A stretch of DNA of 62,599 nucleotides, filler included, from Catajapyx aquilonaris (taxonomy: Eukaryota), in NCBI GenBank assembly GCA_000934665.2. It is 2 parts of 2 records of this genome, joined end to end, with 100 filler letters (N's around TTAATTAATTAA, not from the genome) between each part and the next. Parts side by side here need not be neighbours in the genome. Positions count along the whole stretch, not along the records: positions 1 to 31,270 come from KZ539169.1; 1 more part is not named here. One strand, 5' to 3'. Shown one piece after another: positions 1 through 13,216 of this stretch. A program made the position numbers and the translations under genes. The notes under the pieces were generated by a model, which saw only the letters and a list, made by a program, of their open reading frames with translations, did not search any database and was not told where the DNA came from. The stretch's first letter is position 1. Every line of letters starts with the position of its first letter.

Positions 1-131
1 AAGTTGAGGGTGCCCCTGCTGTGACCCGAGGTCCTGCCACAGAGGCCACTCCATCTGTGACACCGTCTGGTACACCAAGAAAGCCAAGGCGTTTAGCTAA
101 GAGTAGTAGTGGGAAAGACCAAGATGAAAAG
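1..131 (+). CDS. Probable internal coding exon, 5'-truncated by the window (Pro/Thr/Ser-rich, basic)
   Basis: Frame from nt 3 reads VEGAPAVTRGPATEATPSVTPSGTPRKPRRLAKSSSGKDQDEK, ending at AAG|GTATAA (phase 0). No homology recognised. Phase does not join directly to the 5899 exon, and a gap lies between. Confidence 0.4.
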
Positions 132-447
132 GTATAAAGTGTGGTTTATAATGGCCCATGATACAAGGATGGGTTCTACAGTGCAAGGAGCTTAACAGAT
201 AAAACCACTTTTATGATAGTATATTCAGAGATGGACCTTTTATTTTGAACAGGGATGGAAAAAGAACCGCTTCCTCCCAAAGAAGCGGTTCTTTTTCCAC
301 CCCTGATTTTGAATGATGGCCTTGACTTAACGTAATCTGTAACATACGATTTGTAAGTCACCAGATATGTCAGGCAAATCATAATTTCTTGATTTTAGTG
401 GCACTGTGCAAATGGTAGGCCTACTACGAAATAAGAAAGAGGTTATG

Positions 448-859
448 CAGGGTGTAAATGAATAAATGCACATATTTTTAGGAAAAATAGAGTGGCTAGA
501 AAGGAACATTTTTGCCAATGCAATGGGTGCCGCAGATGCATCATTCCATCGAAAAATGAGGGTTTGTGATGCGTCTCTGTCTCTCACAGACAGACGCACA
601 CACACCCACACATCTAAATCTTCGTAACTGCCATGGGTTACCATACTACCACAGCAGTCGTTCCGTCATAAAATGAGATAGGCACAGAAAGGACTCTAGT
701 AATAGTATGGTAACGATATGGTTACTAGGATTATGATGTGTGTGAGAGAGAGACGTCACAAGCTCTCCTTTTCTGACCACCAAGTGTATTGGTGAAAAAT
801 GTTTCTTTCTAGTCACTATTATTCCTCAAAATATGTGCACTTATTTCATTTACATCCTG
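448..859. mobile_element. Old Tc1/mariner-type MITE (CAGGGTG terminus family)
   Basis: Starts CAGGGTGTAAATGAATAAATGCACATATTTT and ends AAAATATGTGCACTTATTTCATTTACATCCTG; degenerate inverted arms run across most of the element. Confidence 0.7.
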
Positions 860-1795
860 ATAAAATGTTAATTTTTGTACATCAACTAAGATTTTTAATG
901 AAAAAGATGTATTCCGTTGACAGCTAAAAAGGTAAATATAAAATTGTGAATAAGCTGTAATGTTGGAAGTTGACATGGTAAAAGTAGATAATGAATAATA
1001 TTCATATCTGTATTTTGATCACTGAAACTTAAGTTTGATGAATTAATTGTACCTACATGCTTCAAGTGGGGTAATGCAATAGGAACTTATGTTATGAGTA
1101 AATATTATTTTCCCCCAGTTTTGGTGTTGTTGGTTAAGGTCAAAAAAGTGGCATGTTATGTAAGTGGAAGGGATGAAATCAAAATCTGTATATCAAGTCT
1201 GCAGCACTGTGGGTGGCAGCAGAACCATTACTCACTCACTGTGGGCTTGAATTTTTATGGGCTCAACCAGGCTCATTAGAAACAAGCTTGACTGGAGTCA
1301 TCTGCGGGGTCAAAGAATGTTAGCCAATATGATCGGTAATCTGTAGGAAACCAATTTGCTTGACCCACTAAGGCCCAGGTACAGTTGTGAGCATAAAGAT
1401 GTGGGCAGTAAACCTGAGGAAGAGCTCTGGTCTACCGTCCACATCTTGATGCTCGCGACTACATGATGACTGCACAAATCATATGGTTGAGGAACTCTGG
1501 TCAAGAGTAAGTCAAGAGCTGAACCCAAGGTTGAGTTGGTAGTAACCCTGACTTTGTATTCGGAAAGCCATTATGTATGTATATGGGCCAAAGATTTTTG
1601 GTGCAAATGGCGGGTCATAGTAAGTACTAGAAAAGTGAAAAATCATAATGCAAACCACGGATATAGAGCTTAGGTATTGGCCTTAAAGGACTGATAATTT
1701 ACAATTTTTAAAGTTTCACATGGCTACGGAAGGTGCCAGGAACATCATCAGCTGCCAATATTTTGAGTGACATTTTCACTGAAACTAACATTTAA

Positions 1796-2371
1796 TCCTA
1801 TGATGGTCCATGTGCAAGAAGTTCTTCCTCCGGTGACATGGGCACTTTTTGTGACAACGTCACATTTTTTGTTATAACTGGGGAAATGTAGCACATTTGG
1901 ACTTCATCATTAAAGCAATCTTGAGTTGATTCCTTCTGCGATGAATGGCATTTAGTTTATAATTTTTGAGCAGATAGTACAATCGTAAAAAAGAAATTAT
2001 GCACTGATGCGTATTTGGGGCCATAATGTGAGCGTGTCACCTGAGAGGCCGAACCGGTTTCTTTATGAAAGCCCAAAACCAGAGCTGGCTTCATGAATCA
2101 CTAATCTTTCCAGAGGGGGGACCTGAGCTTATTAGTACTCCCCCCTCTGTAAGGCAGGAAGTGATGACATGCACTCTTGGCCCCAACTGGCACGTGAATT
2201 TTTTTCCTGATCGTGCTATTTACTCTAAAAATTTAAACTAAATGCCATTAGTCACAAATGGAATCAAACTAAGATGTCCTAAAATATGAAGCTCATATGT
2301 GGTAGATTTTCAATGTCATAGCAAAAATAGCGGCGATGGCCACAAAAAGTTCCCACGCCACCGTTTGAGGG
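1796..2371. mobile_element. piggyBac-like MITE with TTAA flanks
   Basis: TTAA at 1792-1795 and 2372-2375; right end ...TTTGAGGG|TTAA; about 200-bp degenerate inverted arms (AATGGCATTTAGTTTA / TAAACTAAATGCCATT). Confidence 0.65.
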
Positions 2372-4348
2372 TTAACGCACCTGATGAGTTATCCCATGTA
2401 GGTACCCTGCTTTGAAGGATTGCCACATGGTGTAGAAAATATTGTGCAATCATCAGTTTAATTAAGTGTCGGTTTTGGGGTTAAATATGGCACACAAAAA
2501 ATACATTTAACATATACCAGTGCCATAAATATTGAATTACAAATCACTGCAGATTTATAGGGCCTTCTGCAGCCATTTGAATCTTTAAATAAAAAATCGA
2601 ACACTTTGGCCCCCAATATGTGAGCTGGGTATCCATGGTTTACAATACCAGGTTTCATTGTTCTAGTGCATACTACTGTCAAACCCCATTTGCACCAAAA
2701 ACATTCATGGACCAAGCAAAATAGGTGTCCTAGAGATTATTTGCTTTCCTTGCTAACTTTCTTTGTTGTTTTTTTGAATTGACATGAACTTTGGAACCCA
2801 TACCATTAGCTGTTCTTGGTGTTGCTGCCAGACAGTGTATGTATAATTGCACAGGAAAAGCGATGGGGCTTGCAAGAGGTAAGGAGACATGACCCCACTG
2901 ACCACTTTTCCATCTGAAGGCAACTAGAAATATTTGGAAAGAAAATCTTTACTCTTAGGATGAAACTCGTTTTTTCTCAGAACTGAGAAGTAGCCCTAGG
3001 GTGAGAGATCCAAGTCAGCCAGCAAACCATAAGTTGCTAGATAGTGATGGAAACATATAACATCTTGTTAAAAAAAATTGGCAACACTGTTTTAGGGAGC
3101 ATCTGCAAGGCAACTGCCCCTGTGCACAGAAACCCATTCTTGCCCTGTTATAAATGTCTGGCTGCTGAGGCATCCATGAGTGTTTTCTCATGTGAGAAAG
3201 CCACTCAACAAAGTATGCAGTTATCCTGACTAGGACCTATTTCCCTGGGGTTACTACATTGTTGAAAAAAATTGTTGTTTCTACTTTCAAGGTTAAGTAA
3301 GCATTGCAAAATTGATCCTACTGGCTGCAGAAATATCTGGGCATGCCAGAGATACTCGTTATATGCTTGTATGTGAACCTCGGAAAGATCAGAAAATACA
3401 ATCCAATAAAATTGATGCAGTTTTTTATCAATTATGGTCACAAAAAAGGATGTGCTGCTTTTTTTGCTGAGGAAAAGGTGTGGCACAGCCATCAGTGTCC
3501 CTCTCCCACCTACACAGCTGTGACCCACTTCGAGCTGGGCATGGGTCAGAATTAGCATGAAATATGATCCTCCAAAGTTGAATTGCTTTATGAAAACAGC
3601 CGAGCTATGACTAACTTGCCCTGTTGTCACATGTACTCTAGCTTCTCCCTCGTGTGTGCTGTATAAGGTGTGGCAACCATGACATAATTAAATAATGTCG
3701 ATGAGTTAAAAAAATGAGTGTTAGTAGAACCTATTCAGAGGGCTGTCTAAAATTATTAATATTGCATCTATTTGCTTATAGACTTGTGTAGTGTAAGGGA
3801 CAGTCTCTTGATATCACAGGGTAAGCTGGTGTAAGAAAACCTTACACTGGCCTTGCACTTTCCAGTCCAAATGTGCACCAGTCCTTACACTGCAATAAAT
3901 GAATGCAGTATAACAAGACCATGCCCCCTGCGTCCGCTGCACTGGAATAAACTAGTGCAATGCTTACACTCATGTTACAATGGGGCTACACCAGCAGATG
4001 GTGTGAATGAATGGACAAAGGTTTTTCACCCCAAAAGATTTACCAAACGGGGACATCAATATTCAATAATGTAGGGCAGAGTGTTGGCATACCTGCATTA
4101 TCCAGCACCCCTCTTGGAACAGTCTCATAATAGTTAAAATGGTAACAGTTTTATTTAAGATGTTGCTGTTGTGCTAATATTTGGAAAAATTCAGGCATGT
4201 CACTTGCCCCATTCTGATCCCATAAAGTTAGTGTTATTGTTTTTTCCTGTTATGGTTTGGTCAGAAAATTGTAAACGTCATAAAAATTACTATATTTTGG
4301 GGTCAGGCTAGAGTTCAAGTCATGGTCTTGGAATACTAAGGTCTAGAC

Positions 4349-4961
4349 CAGGGATATTCAACTGGCGGACCGCGACGTAATTTTGTCCGGACCGCGACGA
4401 TATACAGGACAGTTTGAAATAGCATTAGAAATTACTAATTCATGATTTTTTTGGAAAAAGTGCTACCAATTTTATCAAATACACACCCATTCAAATCTCC
4501 CACTTTCACATAAGCTCGTGCATGGTTGTAGAAGACTCAGGTTAGGTCACTCCCCACCCACCCCCTGCCGAGGGGTTTTGCAGTGAGCACCCACTGCAAA
4601 ACCCCTCGGCAGGTGATAAGCCCAGAAGATAGGGGTAGTGTCCGTGGGCTGAGCTCGTGTGACCTTCCACCCCCCCCCCCCAAAAGAAAAAAATTTCGCC
4701 TGCGGCGCGCTTCCTCCCCACCCTTTACGACTTGTTCGCCTTGTGCTTATGAAATGGGCCCCCCTCCGAAATTTTTCTGCCTACGCGCCTACGGTACAGG
4801 ACATCATAAAGGGCGGAAATGTCTAAATATGTCCTGTCTTGATAGGCCCTTCTANCCCCCCCCCCCCCCGCCGCCCGGGGGGCGGGGGGGAGGGTCCGGA
4901 CCTTCAATGGCCCAGGAAAGGTAAATACTGGACCTTGTGATAAACTAGCTGAATACCCCTG
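4349..4961. mobile_element. hAT non-autonomous element, 8-bp TSD GTCTAGAC
   Basis: TIRs CAGGGATATTCAACT / AGCTGAATACCCCTG; perfect GTCTAGAC at 4341-4348 and 4962-4969 (TCTAGA-centred target typical of Charlie/Buster-type hATs). Confidence 0.85.
4521..4651. mobile_element. 131-bp copy of an unclassified CA...TG element with 8-bp TSD, nested in the hAT
   Basis: AGCTCGTG direct repeat at 4513-4520 and 4652-4659; internal perfect 22-bp hairpin CCTGCCGAGGGGTTTTGCAGTG/CACTGCAAAACCCCTCGGCAGG; both ends match the 28412-28781 copy. Confidence 0.8.
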
Positions 4962-5898
4962 GTCTAGACACTCCTTCTTATTGCCTGCCGGGTGTTTTGC
5001 ATGAGGTGCTCACTTGAGAGCACCATGAGACAGCTTTTCACTGCTGTATTATGTGGAGACCCTACCGGACTACGCTGAACTAAGGTAGAAGGGAAGCCGT
5101 TACACAGATCTGCCAACCCTCCCTCGCTGAGTGGAATCCCCGGGGCAGAAGGCTGAGCAGGCAATTGTGGTGGTGATAGGTGAGTTCTTGTTATTTTTCA
5201 TTATTGAAGGCATTATGCAGGGTGTTCCGATTCAAGGTATGCAGTAATAAATGACGACCTCGGGGCGGGGCGGGGGGGGGGGGGGGGNNNNNNNNNNNNN
5301 NNNNNNNNNNNNNNNNNNNNNNNNNNNNNNNNNNNNNNNNNNNNNNNNNNNNNNNNNNNNNNNNNNNNNNNNNNNNNNNNNNNNNNNNNNNNNNNNNNNN
5401 NNNNNNNNNNNNNNNNNNNNNNNNNNNNNNNNNNNCCCCCCCCCCCCCAGGTCTTTCGATAGTAAATTCATCACATCCAAAGTACAAGTTCTAGTGGGAG
5501 ATGGCGTGTGCAAGAAGTGTAAAAAGAGCAGCGAATTTATAAAATAATGCAGTGCATTTGGGCATGCATTGATGCATACAAGTTTTAAACAGTGAAGGCA
5601 AATGACTGGGCGACACATGTCAGCGGAACACCATGTATTGTAACATTATATACAGTGTGCCTCATCATTTGCAATAATAATATTATGAAATCATTGTTTG
5701 CCCTCCTACCGTCATGTAATGTTATGCCATATTATGTTACATTAATGTAAAATTTTGCTATTTTTGGTGATGCACGGATAATCCCCACCCGGATAATAGG
5801 CAGTACAGTGTACTTGCATATTAAAATTCAAATTGTCATAAGCCTAAAATGTTGAGGTACAATCTACAGTGTCATATTTTACTTCCTCATTTTCCAAG

Positions 5899-6496
5899 AC
5901 AACGATGAGCTAGCACAGGAGGATCCACTGGTAGTACCTCCATCACCTCCCCCTGCTGTAGCAGATGACGACCTACCTTCCCCTTCTCCCCCGAGGAAGT
6001 GAGCAAGGTATGTGTAAGATATGAGATGGCTGGTATTGCCAAGAGGTTTTCCTACTATACAAAGTGAAGTAGTATCTTATACCTGGTCACAATGAAAAGG
6101 GATTGAACACAAAAATGCCTCTCTAGTAAAATAATGCTAATTAGGATATGCATCCTGTAATTCATCAAGTGGAGGTAGCCATCTCCTTTGGAAGTTTACC
6201 ACTTACATAAGCAGTTTAAACAAGACCTACCTGTAATATTAACACCTGTCCATATTGAATACTCGGTAGGATTTGTTTTTTGAACAGGTGCAATTACTGA
6301 TGCCACGTGTTTTTACAGGAGAGCGAATGACTCTGACGGGTCCAACATCCGCGAGAGGATGCTGGCCCTCCGAGAAGAGGAGGTCAGCATCCAAAGGCAG
6401 TGTCAGTTGAAAAGCCAACTGGAACTCACCGAAACAGTCAAGAAAATTCTTGCCTTGAAGGAGCTGAAGGCAACGGCTACCCAGATGTGGATGTAA
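5899..6496 (+). CDS. Last two exons of an unidentified protein with an acidic/Pro-rich linker and C-terminal coiled coil (architecture resembling Myb/SANT-like MSANTD proteins)
   Basis: Exon 5899-5998 (or -6007): DNDELAQEDPLVVPPSPPPAVADDDLPSPSPPRK. Exon 6319-6496: RANDSDGSNIRERMLALREEEVSIQRQCQLKSQLELTETVKKILALKELKATATQMWM*. Phases match (2). AATAAA at 6510-6515. The family guess is inference. Confidence 0.6.
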
Positions 6497-7600
6497 CATA
6501 TTTATGTCCAATAAATGTTTTTAAGCCCATTTGAGTGTTTTTTGGAGATACAGCATGGAGCGGACCATCTCAAAGTCCATGTTAGGATGGCTATTACTTT
6601 TCAGTACAAGTACAGCCACTGATATCACAATATAGCTACTGAAAAGTAAAAGCAATCCTATAGGAACATAAATGTTAACTAGTCGTAGAGGTTACACTGA
6701 TGAGTCTTTTCGATACTCTAATAATTTTCATATGGGCTTCTTTCAAACGACCCAAAATGTGATGCAAAAAGCAATTTGAAACATTTTGGGATAGGAAATA
6801 ATTTTATTAGTCAGATACAAAATTATTGGTACAAAGTGGTGAAAATGTAATCCACTGACAACTGATAAACGAATGGGTTTTACAAGGAGAAGCACCAAGC
6901 CCAGAATTATTTAACATATTTTTGGTAGATATGTAATATTTATTTGTGTCACAGATCAAGTGACATAAAAATTTTGCAATTCACTGATGATGTAGTAATG
7001 CTGGAAATTCACTATACTGACAAAAAGTAATAGAAGACCTTGCACAATACCTCATTAAGAAAAATTAACATTGAACATAACGAAAACTATAAGGAAAGAA
7101 CAACCAAATTCATATAAGTATCTAGGTAAGTTATTCTGCTTTCAGCATCCACAAGTTTTAGCAAGGCAAAAAGTTACGTCATTTCTCAAGAGAAAAGAAA
7201 CAATAAATTTAGTTTGGATCAGACAAATATCAAGTTAAGAAATATAAATGAGACCTTAAGAATTTTCAACACACAATACATTTGCACTGGCAATTTTATA
7301 TAATGCTCATATAAGTGGCCATTACAATACGCCATTGAACTATACGTCCAGACTTTATCTTTGGAAAAAAAAATTAAGTTTACTGAGTAGTAGTGCCTGT
7401 TACATTTGAAACCAGGCGACTCCCAACAGCATGTAATTCAATCTTGCAACAAAATTTTTTTTTAACCTTTTAAAAACAAATCAGCACCATTACTGATGAT
7501 AATTTACTAAAAGAAAGTTTTCATTACCAAACATAAAGCAATACAAACACTTGTAAGAGCTGGTATTCATTAGTTGACAAATGTTTTAAAACTTGGCCGA

Positions 7601-7649
7601 ATATTTTAAGCTTATGTCATAATATTATTATGACATAAGCTTAAAATAT
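7601..7649. repeat. Perfect AT-rich palindrome (24-bp arms, 1-nt centre)
   Basis: ATATTTTAAGCTTATGTCATAATA-T-TATTATGACATAAGCTTAAAATAT. Confidence 0.9.
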
Positions 7650-7756
7650 CTAGTCATTACTCTAGTTGATAATACGTGCAATAAAAATGGATCGAGTAGC
7701 CCTGGAAAACTCCAAAATCTATAATTTTCACTATAAAATATCGAACCCACATTATA

Positions 7757-7819
7757 CTGGGTGTTTCCGAGCTATCTTTAGAAACTTCTAGGAGTAATAG
7801 AGGGGACCAAGACAAATAT
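7757..7819 (+). mobile_element. Solo left end of the Tc1-like MITE family seen intact at 45351-45922
   Basis: TA|CTGGGTGTTT...AAACTTCTAGGAGTAATAGAGGGGACCAAGACAAA matches 45351-45410. Confidence 0.65.
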
Positions 7820-9054
7820 GAGTCTTGGCCATCTGGCCATGAGTCAGTGGGCTCCAAGCTCCAGGTAACGAGTAAGTAATAAAATTCAAATCAGGATCAT
7901 AAACCTCGGGGGGAGAGAAATTTTTGCACTGGTGTGTGGCTAAGATCTTCCTCTGCCCAGAAATAAATAGGTGTTAAATTATCCCGTGGTGATTTTGAGA
8001 AAATTATTTTCTTCCAAACCATATGTTTTGCGGAGTTAACAATGGTCAACAATGGCTCCACTGTTAACCTTTGACTTCAAAGCTTAACAAAGCTGATAAG
8101 TAGAGAGGGTATGAGTTGAAAGTCTATATGTTTCATTTGCCCACAAATATTTTTCTTGCAAAGAAAAAAAAAATGCGAAAATTGCTAAAATGTCGTAAAA
8201 CAGCATTTTTCCCTATTTTTCCGCGGTTGCTAATTATACATTCGCAATCATTTTATATCGAAAATTCAGACCTACGTAGGCAGTTGGTCCATTCCAAATT
8301 TGGTTTTTGTGTAACGCACATGTGTCCAAAGTTGAGAAAAAGTGAACTTCGAGAAATAGCAGATTTGGTACCCCTGCGGTTATGATTTTTTTCGGGGCAA
8401 ATAAAAAATGACACTGAAAAATAGCCAGTGTCATTCTTCATCATTTCGACAGCGGTACTCCGTGTAATTTATCCGTAATAATCGGAGACCAAGCCCTGAC
8501 AACTTTTCTGGATCTGGCCTGATCTGAAATGGAACCACCCTGGGGCGTTCGAGACCTGCTGGGTGTATTCCAATTGTTCTGCTCGAGTAAAATATAGTTT
8601 GTCAACACCCAACACTCAGCTCTTCCACTTTGTGGGTTAAACTTTGAAAATGAAAGGAAAACACTCGGGATGTTTTGGCCTGTTTTGGCGGGTATTGTCG
8701 AAATTTACCTGCTTCAGTTTCGCATCTCTCCCGCTAGGTAGCAGCAATATCGTTTGTTGAATATTAATGTTTATTATAACTAAATAATTATTTTAAATAT
8801 ACTGAACCAATTTTGAAAGTCACTATTTTCTTCATCTGAACCATCTAAAGCATTTCGAACAGTTTCGTCGGCTCTCAACGTGGGTTCAAACCACGGGTTC
8901 AAACGCACCCTCCAATATGTCTGCCTCGTAGTGTGGTTTTCTCTCCTTTGTTAGGGCCACGCCACACTGCCACGCCACTTCAAAGCGGCTCCGCATTTCT
9001 CGGCTTTTCCAGCTTACTCAAGTCCTCCTGGAAGCCGAATTTGTAGGTTGAGAA

Positions 9055-12000
9055 ATGGCAGGGAATATGAGCGTACCTTGGACGCACCTTCTGCGCCTCT
9101 TGGAGTTCAGCAGGAAGCAGTCGGACAAGCTAGGGGAGAAAATGGATGAAATTGGGAGAAGGGTCGGATGGTTAGAGGCACGGTTAGACGAATTCATGAA
9201 AATGAACTTCAACAGAGGCCCAGGTGAGTTGATTATTTATTTTGGCAGGTGACAAAGGGGGTCCGGGATTCACAAGGTGGAAATTTACCCATGGCTCCCT
9301 ACATTTCCTGTTGTTTAAAAATTGACTCTCATGCTTGTGGCTACACTATGTTAGTTCGGAATATTTTTCTGGGTCAATAGGCCATGAAGAAATAAAATGA
9401 ATAAATGTCACCTGACATTTAGACATTATTACTGAAAAGCCAACCATTTTACTAAGAACATTACATGCGTGCCATGTAATACCGGGCTCAAATCATGCAA
9501 TTTCGGTGTGACGTCGGCCCGATTTGTCACATTCAGATAGGATGCCCCCGCAGCTTTCGGACGACGATACGTCACTTTGCACACCCGACACAAATCATGC
9601 AATTTCAATGCGATCTCAGGCGTGGAATTGCAGTACAGTACTCCATAATTTTAGGGAACTCTCACAGTTCATGAATGAGTTCATTCTTGATCACTGTTTG
9701 TGTACTATCCACGGTCCATGGGCCACCGGTACTGGTACACGTCACCGGTATGTCACATACTTTGGTACAGTATAGCCTAGTATTTACTCACTGCCAACAA
9801 GTCACAACATTAGCATGGGGCCCCCGGACAACTGCCCAGCGTGTTCATGAGTTAAGATGGCCCTCCTTACAGCACTCTGTATCAAAGATTCACTCCGACC
9901 TGGGCTCCGCCATGTTGGAAATTAAATGCGATGGGGGGAAGTTTTCAAGCAGTGCTGGAAACCTGCAACACCCCTGCAACTTTGCAGGTATTAAGGCGGC
10001 AGGCCCACCCTGTTCATGCAACCAGTAGCTGCAACATCGCACCAACATTGCATGATGTGCATCCGGCCTAATTCCAAGCCCAAAATGTGTGGAAAGACAA
10101 TATTGGTGTGAACCCAGGCAGAAATGGCAGCAGACTTAGCTTCAGTGTTCAACAGTTGTGACCATGGTGGACAGGCCTTCTCAAAATCTTAGCTGGTTTA
10201 ACCCCTTCCCTACCAGTTAGGCCCGAACCACGTAGATTTCGGCTTACGCCTCCTTCGAAGATATACAGGGTGTTTCAGAGTCACGGGTCAAGCGCATGCG
10301 AGGGGGTGGGAAAAAATCGTAGGTGGCAACAACCCCGGTTGGTTTTATAAAAAAAATTAGAAATATGGCAGTAATCAATTTATTTGTTACGGCCATTCGG
10401 CATGACGTCACATCCTACTTTCTGTTCGAATTGACTGGCGCGGAGTGGCAAATGCAAGGCAAATGCATTGGGTTGAACCTGGTTGACGGGTTTTTAGCCT
10501 TGCGGGTTGCACTGAAAAAGGCGCTCTCATGCTACACTGGCAGGGTACTGTACAACGCAGTGTACTACTGTACAGTGGTGTGTTCAGTACCCTGCCGGTG
10601 TAGCATGAGAGAGCCTTTTTCAGTGCAACCCGCAAGGCTAAAAACCCGTTCAACCAGGTTCAAACCACTGAATTTCGATTACCTATATTGCGTCATGTGC
10701 CTTTCAAAAATTTCTCCAGTACCACTTCCTGTGGCCGCGCAAAATTATAACTCAATGGGGTGCAAGGTTGTGCTATCATGTTCTCATTTTTCAACCTTTT
10801 GTACCACCAACACCGAGTTCTGCATCCATCGCTATATGCAGAAAAAAAAATTTGCACATAAAGTGGCGTACAGGAGCGTGATGGTTATTCAATAAATTTA
10901 TTGTCAGATTGCGAAGCCACCAATGATTTGCGTGTGGCATCTTGGCAGTATGTCATGGACAAGGTCACGGATGCCTTTTCTGTTGCCTTATAACAGCATT
11001 ATAAAAGCATAACTTTCGGAAAGGAATGCCCGGTAGTCAGCGCCGGATTTACGACAAGACAACCTACGCAGTTGCCTAGGGTGGCAGATTTCAAGGGGCG
11101 GCAAATTTAGGCATACAAAAATAAGTAAACGAAAAATTTATAATAAATAATTACACGACTGGAAGCAGTACCGGATTTACCATTGGCAGAATAGGCAATT
11201 GCCTAGGGGCGGCCGCAAGTTGCAATATATATTTTTCAAATATGCTAAAATTATAGAAAATAAAGGCGAAATAGCTTAGTAAAAAAATTCACAAATTTCG
11301 TCGGGGGGTTTCCAGGGCCGGATTTGCCACTAGGCAGAAAACCCTAATGGCATAAGTTGAAAGAGTTGAAATATAATTTTTTATATAAAATTAATTGAAG
11401 GAGAGAACTTGACAAAAAAAATTCGCATTTTTAAGCACCATAGGCGGCGGGGGGTCTCAACGGATAAGCTATTGTTTATCCGCACGTTAACAACAAGGCC
11501 TCCCGACGGTTGGCAACGTTGCGTCGCACACAATCGGGTGCCTATTGATACTGCTGCATGGTTACATGGAACTGTGCTTTATTTTTCTTTTCGGGCTTTC
11601 GGGGATTCAATTCGGGATTTTGAGGTGATTAAGTGGATGGAATAGCCTTTGTCGTGGTATTGCTGTATGGCTTTTTGTTACCGCAACAGTACTGTACATT
11701 GTTGTGGCCCTGCCAGGCACGGTACGTCGCCCGTGCGTGATATTTTTAGTTTTTGCGGAGCGACAGCGGAGCTGGGCTCTTATTGTGGGTTTCTGTATTC
11801 GCAACATTTACTGTCCGTCTTGTGGCGCCGCAGGCTAACGAACGTTATTGTGGCTTTGCCAAGCGCGAAGTACACCTTCACACAGTCCGTTAAACCAACG
11901 AACTACATGACGCCAAGTTCCGCCCGCCACCACCCGGCTCTCCCCTCCAATCATGCCCACGACTCACTCTGCAGGTATACTACTGCACACGCTCAGAAAA

Positions 12001-13034
12001 CATGGCTGGTGTGACATCATATCATTCTTTGGGTTAACGGACTGCAGCAACCATCATGGCTTTCATATTTCCCACCTCCTTCTTTTTTTTATCATTATTT
12101 TTTTTTTACGTTACCCCGTGATAAGGCTTAGCCTTTTTAGGGGGGTGGGATACCACCATTTTCACTCCTTAACTTCATACACCGGTGCAAGGAGGCAAGG
12201 ATGTAGGGTAGGGGTAGGGATTTTTGGGGAGGGAACATTGGTGCAAGTGCAATGTCGGTAAAGGGGTCATGTGCTGTCCCCCAGGAGGTTAGGTTGCCAG
12301 ACACCTCCTTGGTGCAGGTCAGAGACCCTCCTGACGCAGGTGAAAGGAAAGTTCCCCAGGCGGGGATCGAACCTGGGGCCTTTCACTCAGCAAGCCGTGA
12401 CGTTACCATCACGGCCACCACACCTCCCCCACCTCCTTCATTAATACTGTGGTCCTAGCATTCATCTGAACGGTTCGCGTGGCAGGGGTAAGAAGATGCC
12501 CTTTGTTGTGCTCTCCAGGCAACCGGTTGTTTGCGACGCGTAGCCAACATGTTTGAAGCACCGCGTCGCTATGTGCGGATAAACGATAGACTTTCGGTCT
12601 CAACTGCCTAGGGGCGGCCGAGGGGGTAAATCCAGTTGGTGCATATTGGTGCATCCTGGTTCCTGGCACCTCACAGTATTGGACCATTGCATTGTTTGAA
12701 ATTGGCGCTCGATTGGTGTCTTCCTTTTTTTTTTGCTGGCTGTTGCAGGACTCTGAGGCCCCTTCGCGCTTCCACATACTCATGTACAAACTGTCCCGTC
12801 GCTAATGCCACTATAAACTTTCACTCGCACTTACACCTGAGCCCATTAAAAAATCCAACAAAAACCTCGTAGCCCGACCCTTTTACATGTAATAGTTCAT
12901 GATCGATAGAATGCTGCACCCAAATGCCCACGTGCGCCACCATGCGGTTAGTGCACTGGCCAGCCCCATTGCATAAATTATCATTAAATTATCTGAAAAT
13001 CGATAAAATTAGCTAAATCTATCAATGAAAATAG

Positions 13035-13105
<71 letters not shown>

Positions 13106-13142
13106 GGTTCAGTGCTCCAACCAATGGGCAGCCTGCACAGTA

Positions 13143-13216
<74 letters not shown>

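Larger units (their letters stand above)
11038..12638. mobile_element. Cluster of hAT-type MITE ends (CAGxxCCGGATTT family)
   Basis: Three left-end motifs at 11038, 11166 and 11313, the first two followed by TTGCCTAGGG(G/T)GGC; one right-end-like motif CTGCCTAGGGGCGGC...GTAAATCC at about 12604-12638. Confidence 0.5.

Noticed and set aside
4840..5450. Long G/C runs as G-quadruplex candidates
   Set aside because: They are adjacent to Ns and gap edges, so probably read-end artefacts.
12350..12430. tRNA-like sequences (also near 13480-13554, 15350-15426, 15870-15941, 39130-39199, 62028-62100)
   Set aside because: They lack a complete acceptor stem and continue into shared bodies with tails, most with TSDs: SINE heads, not tRNA genes.
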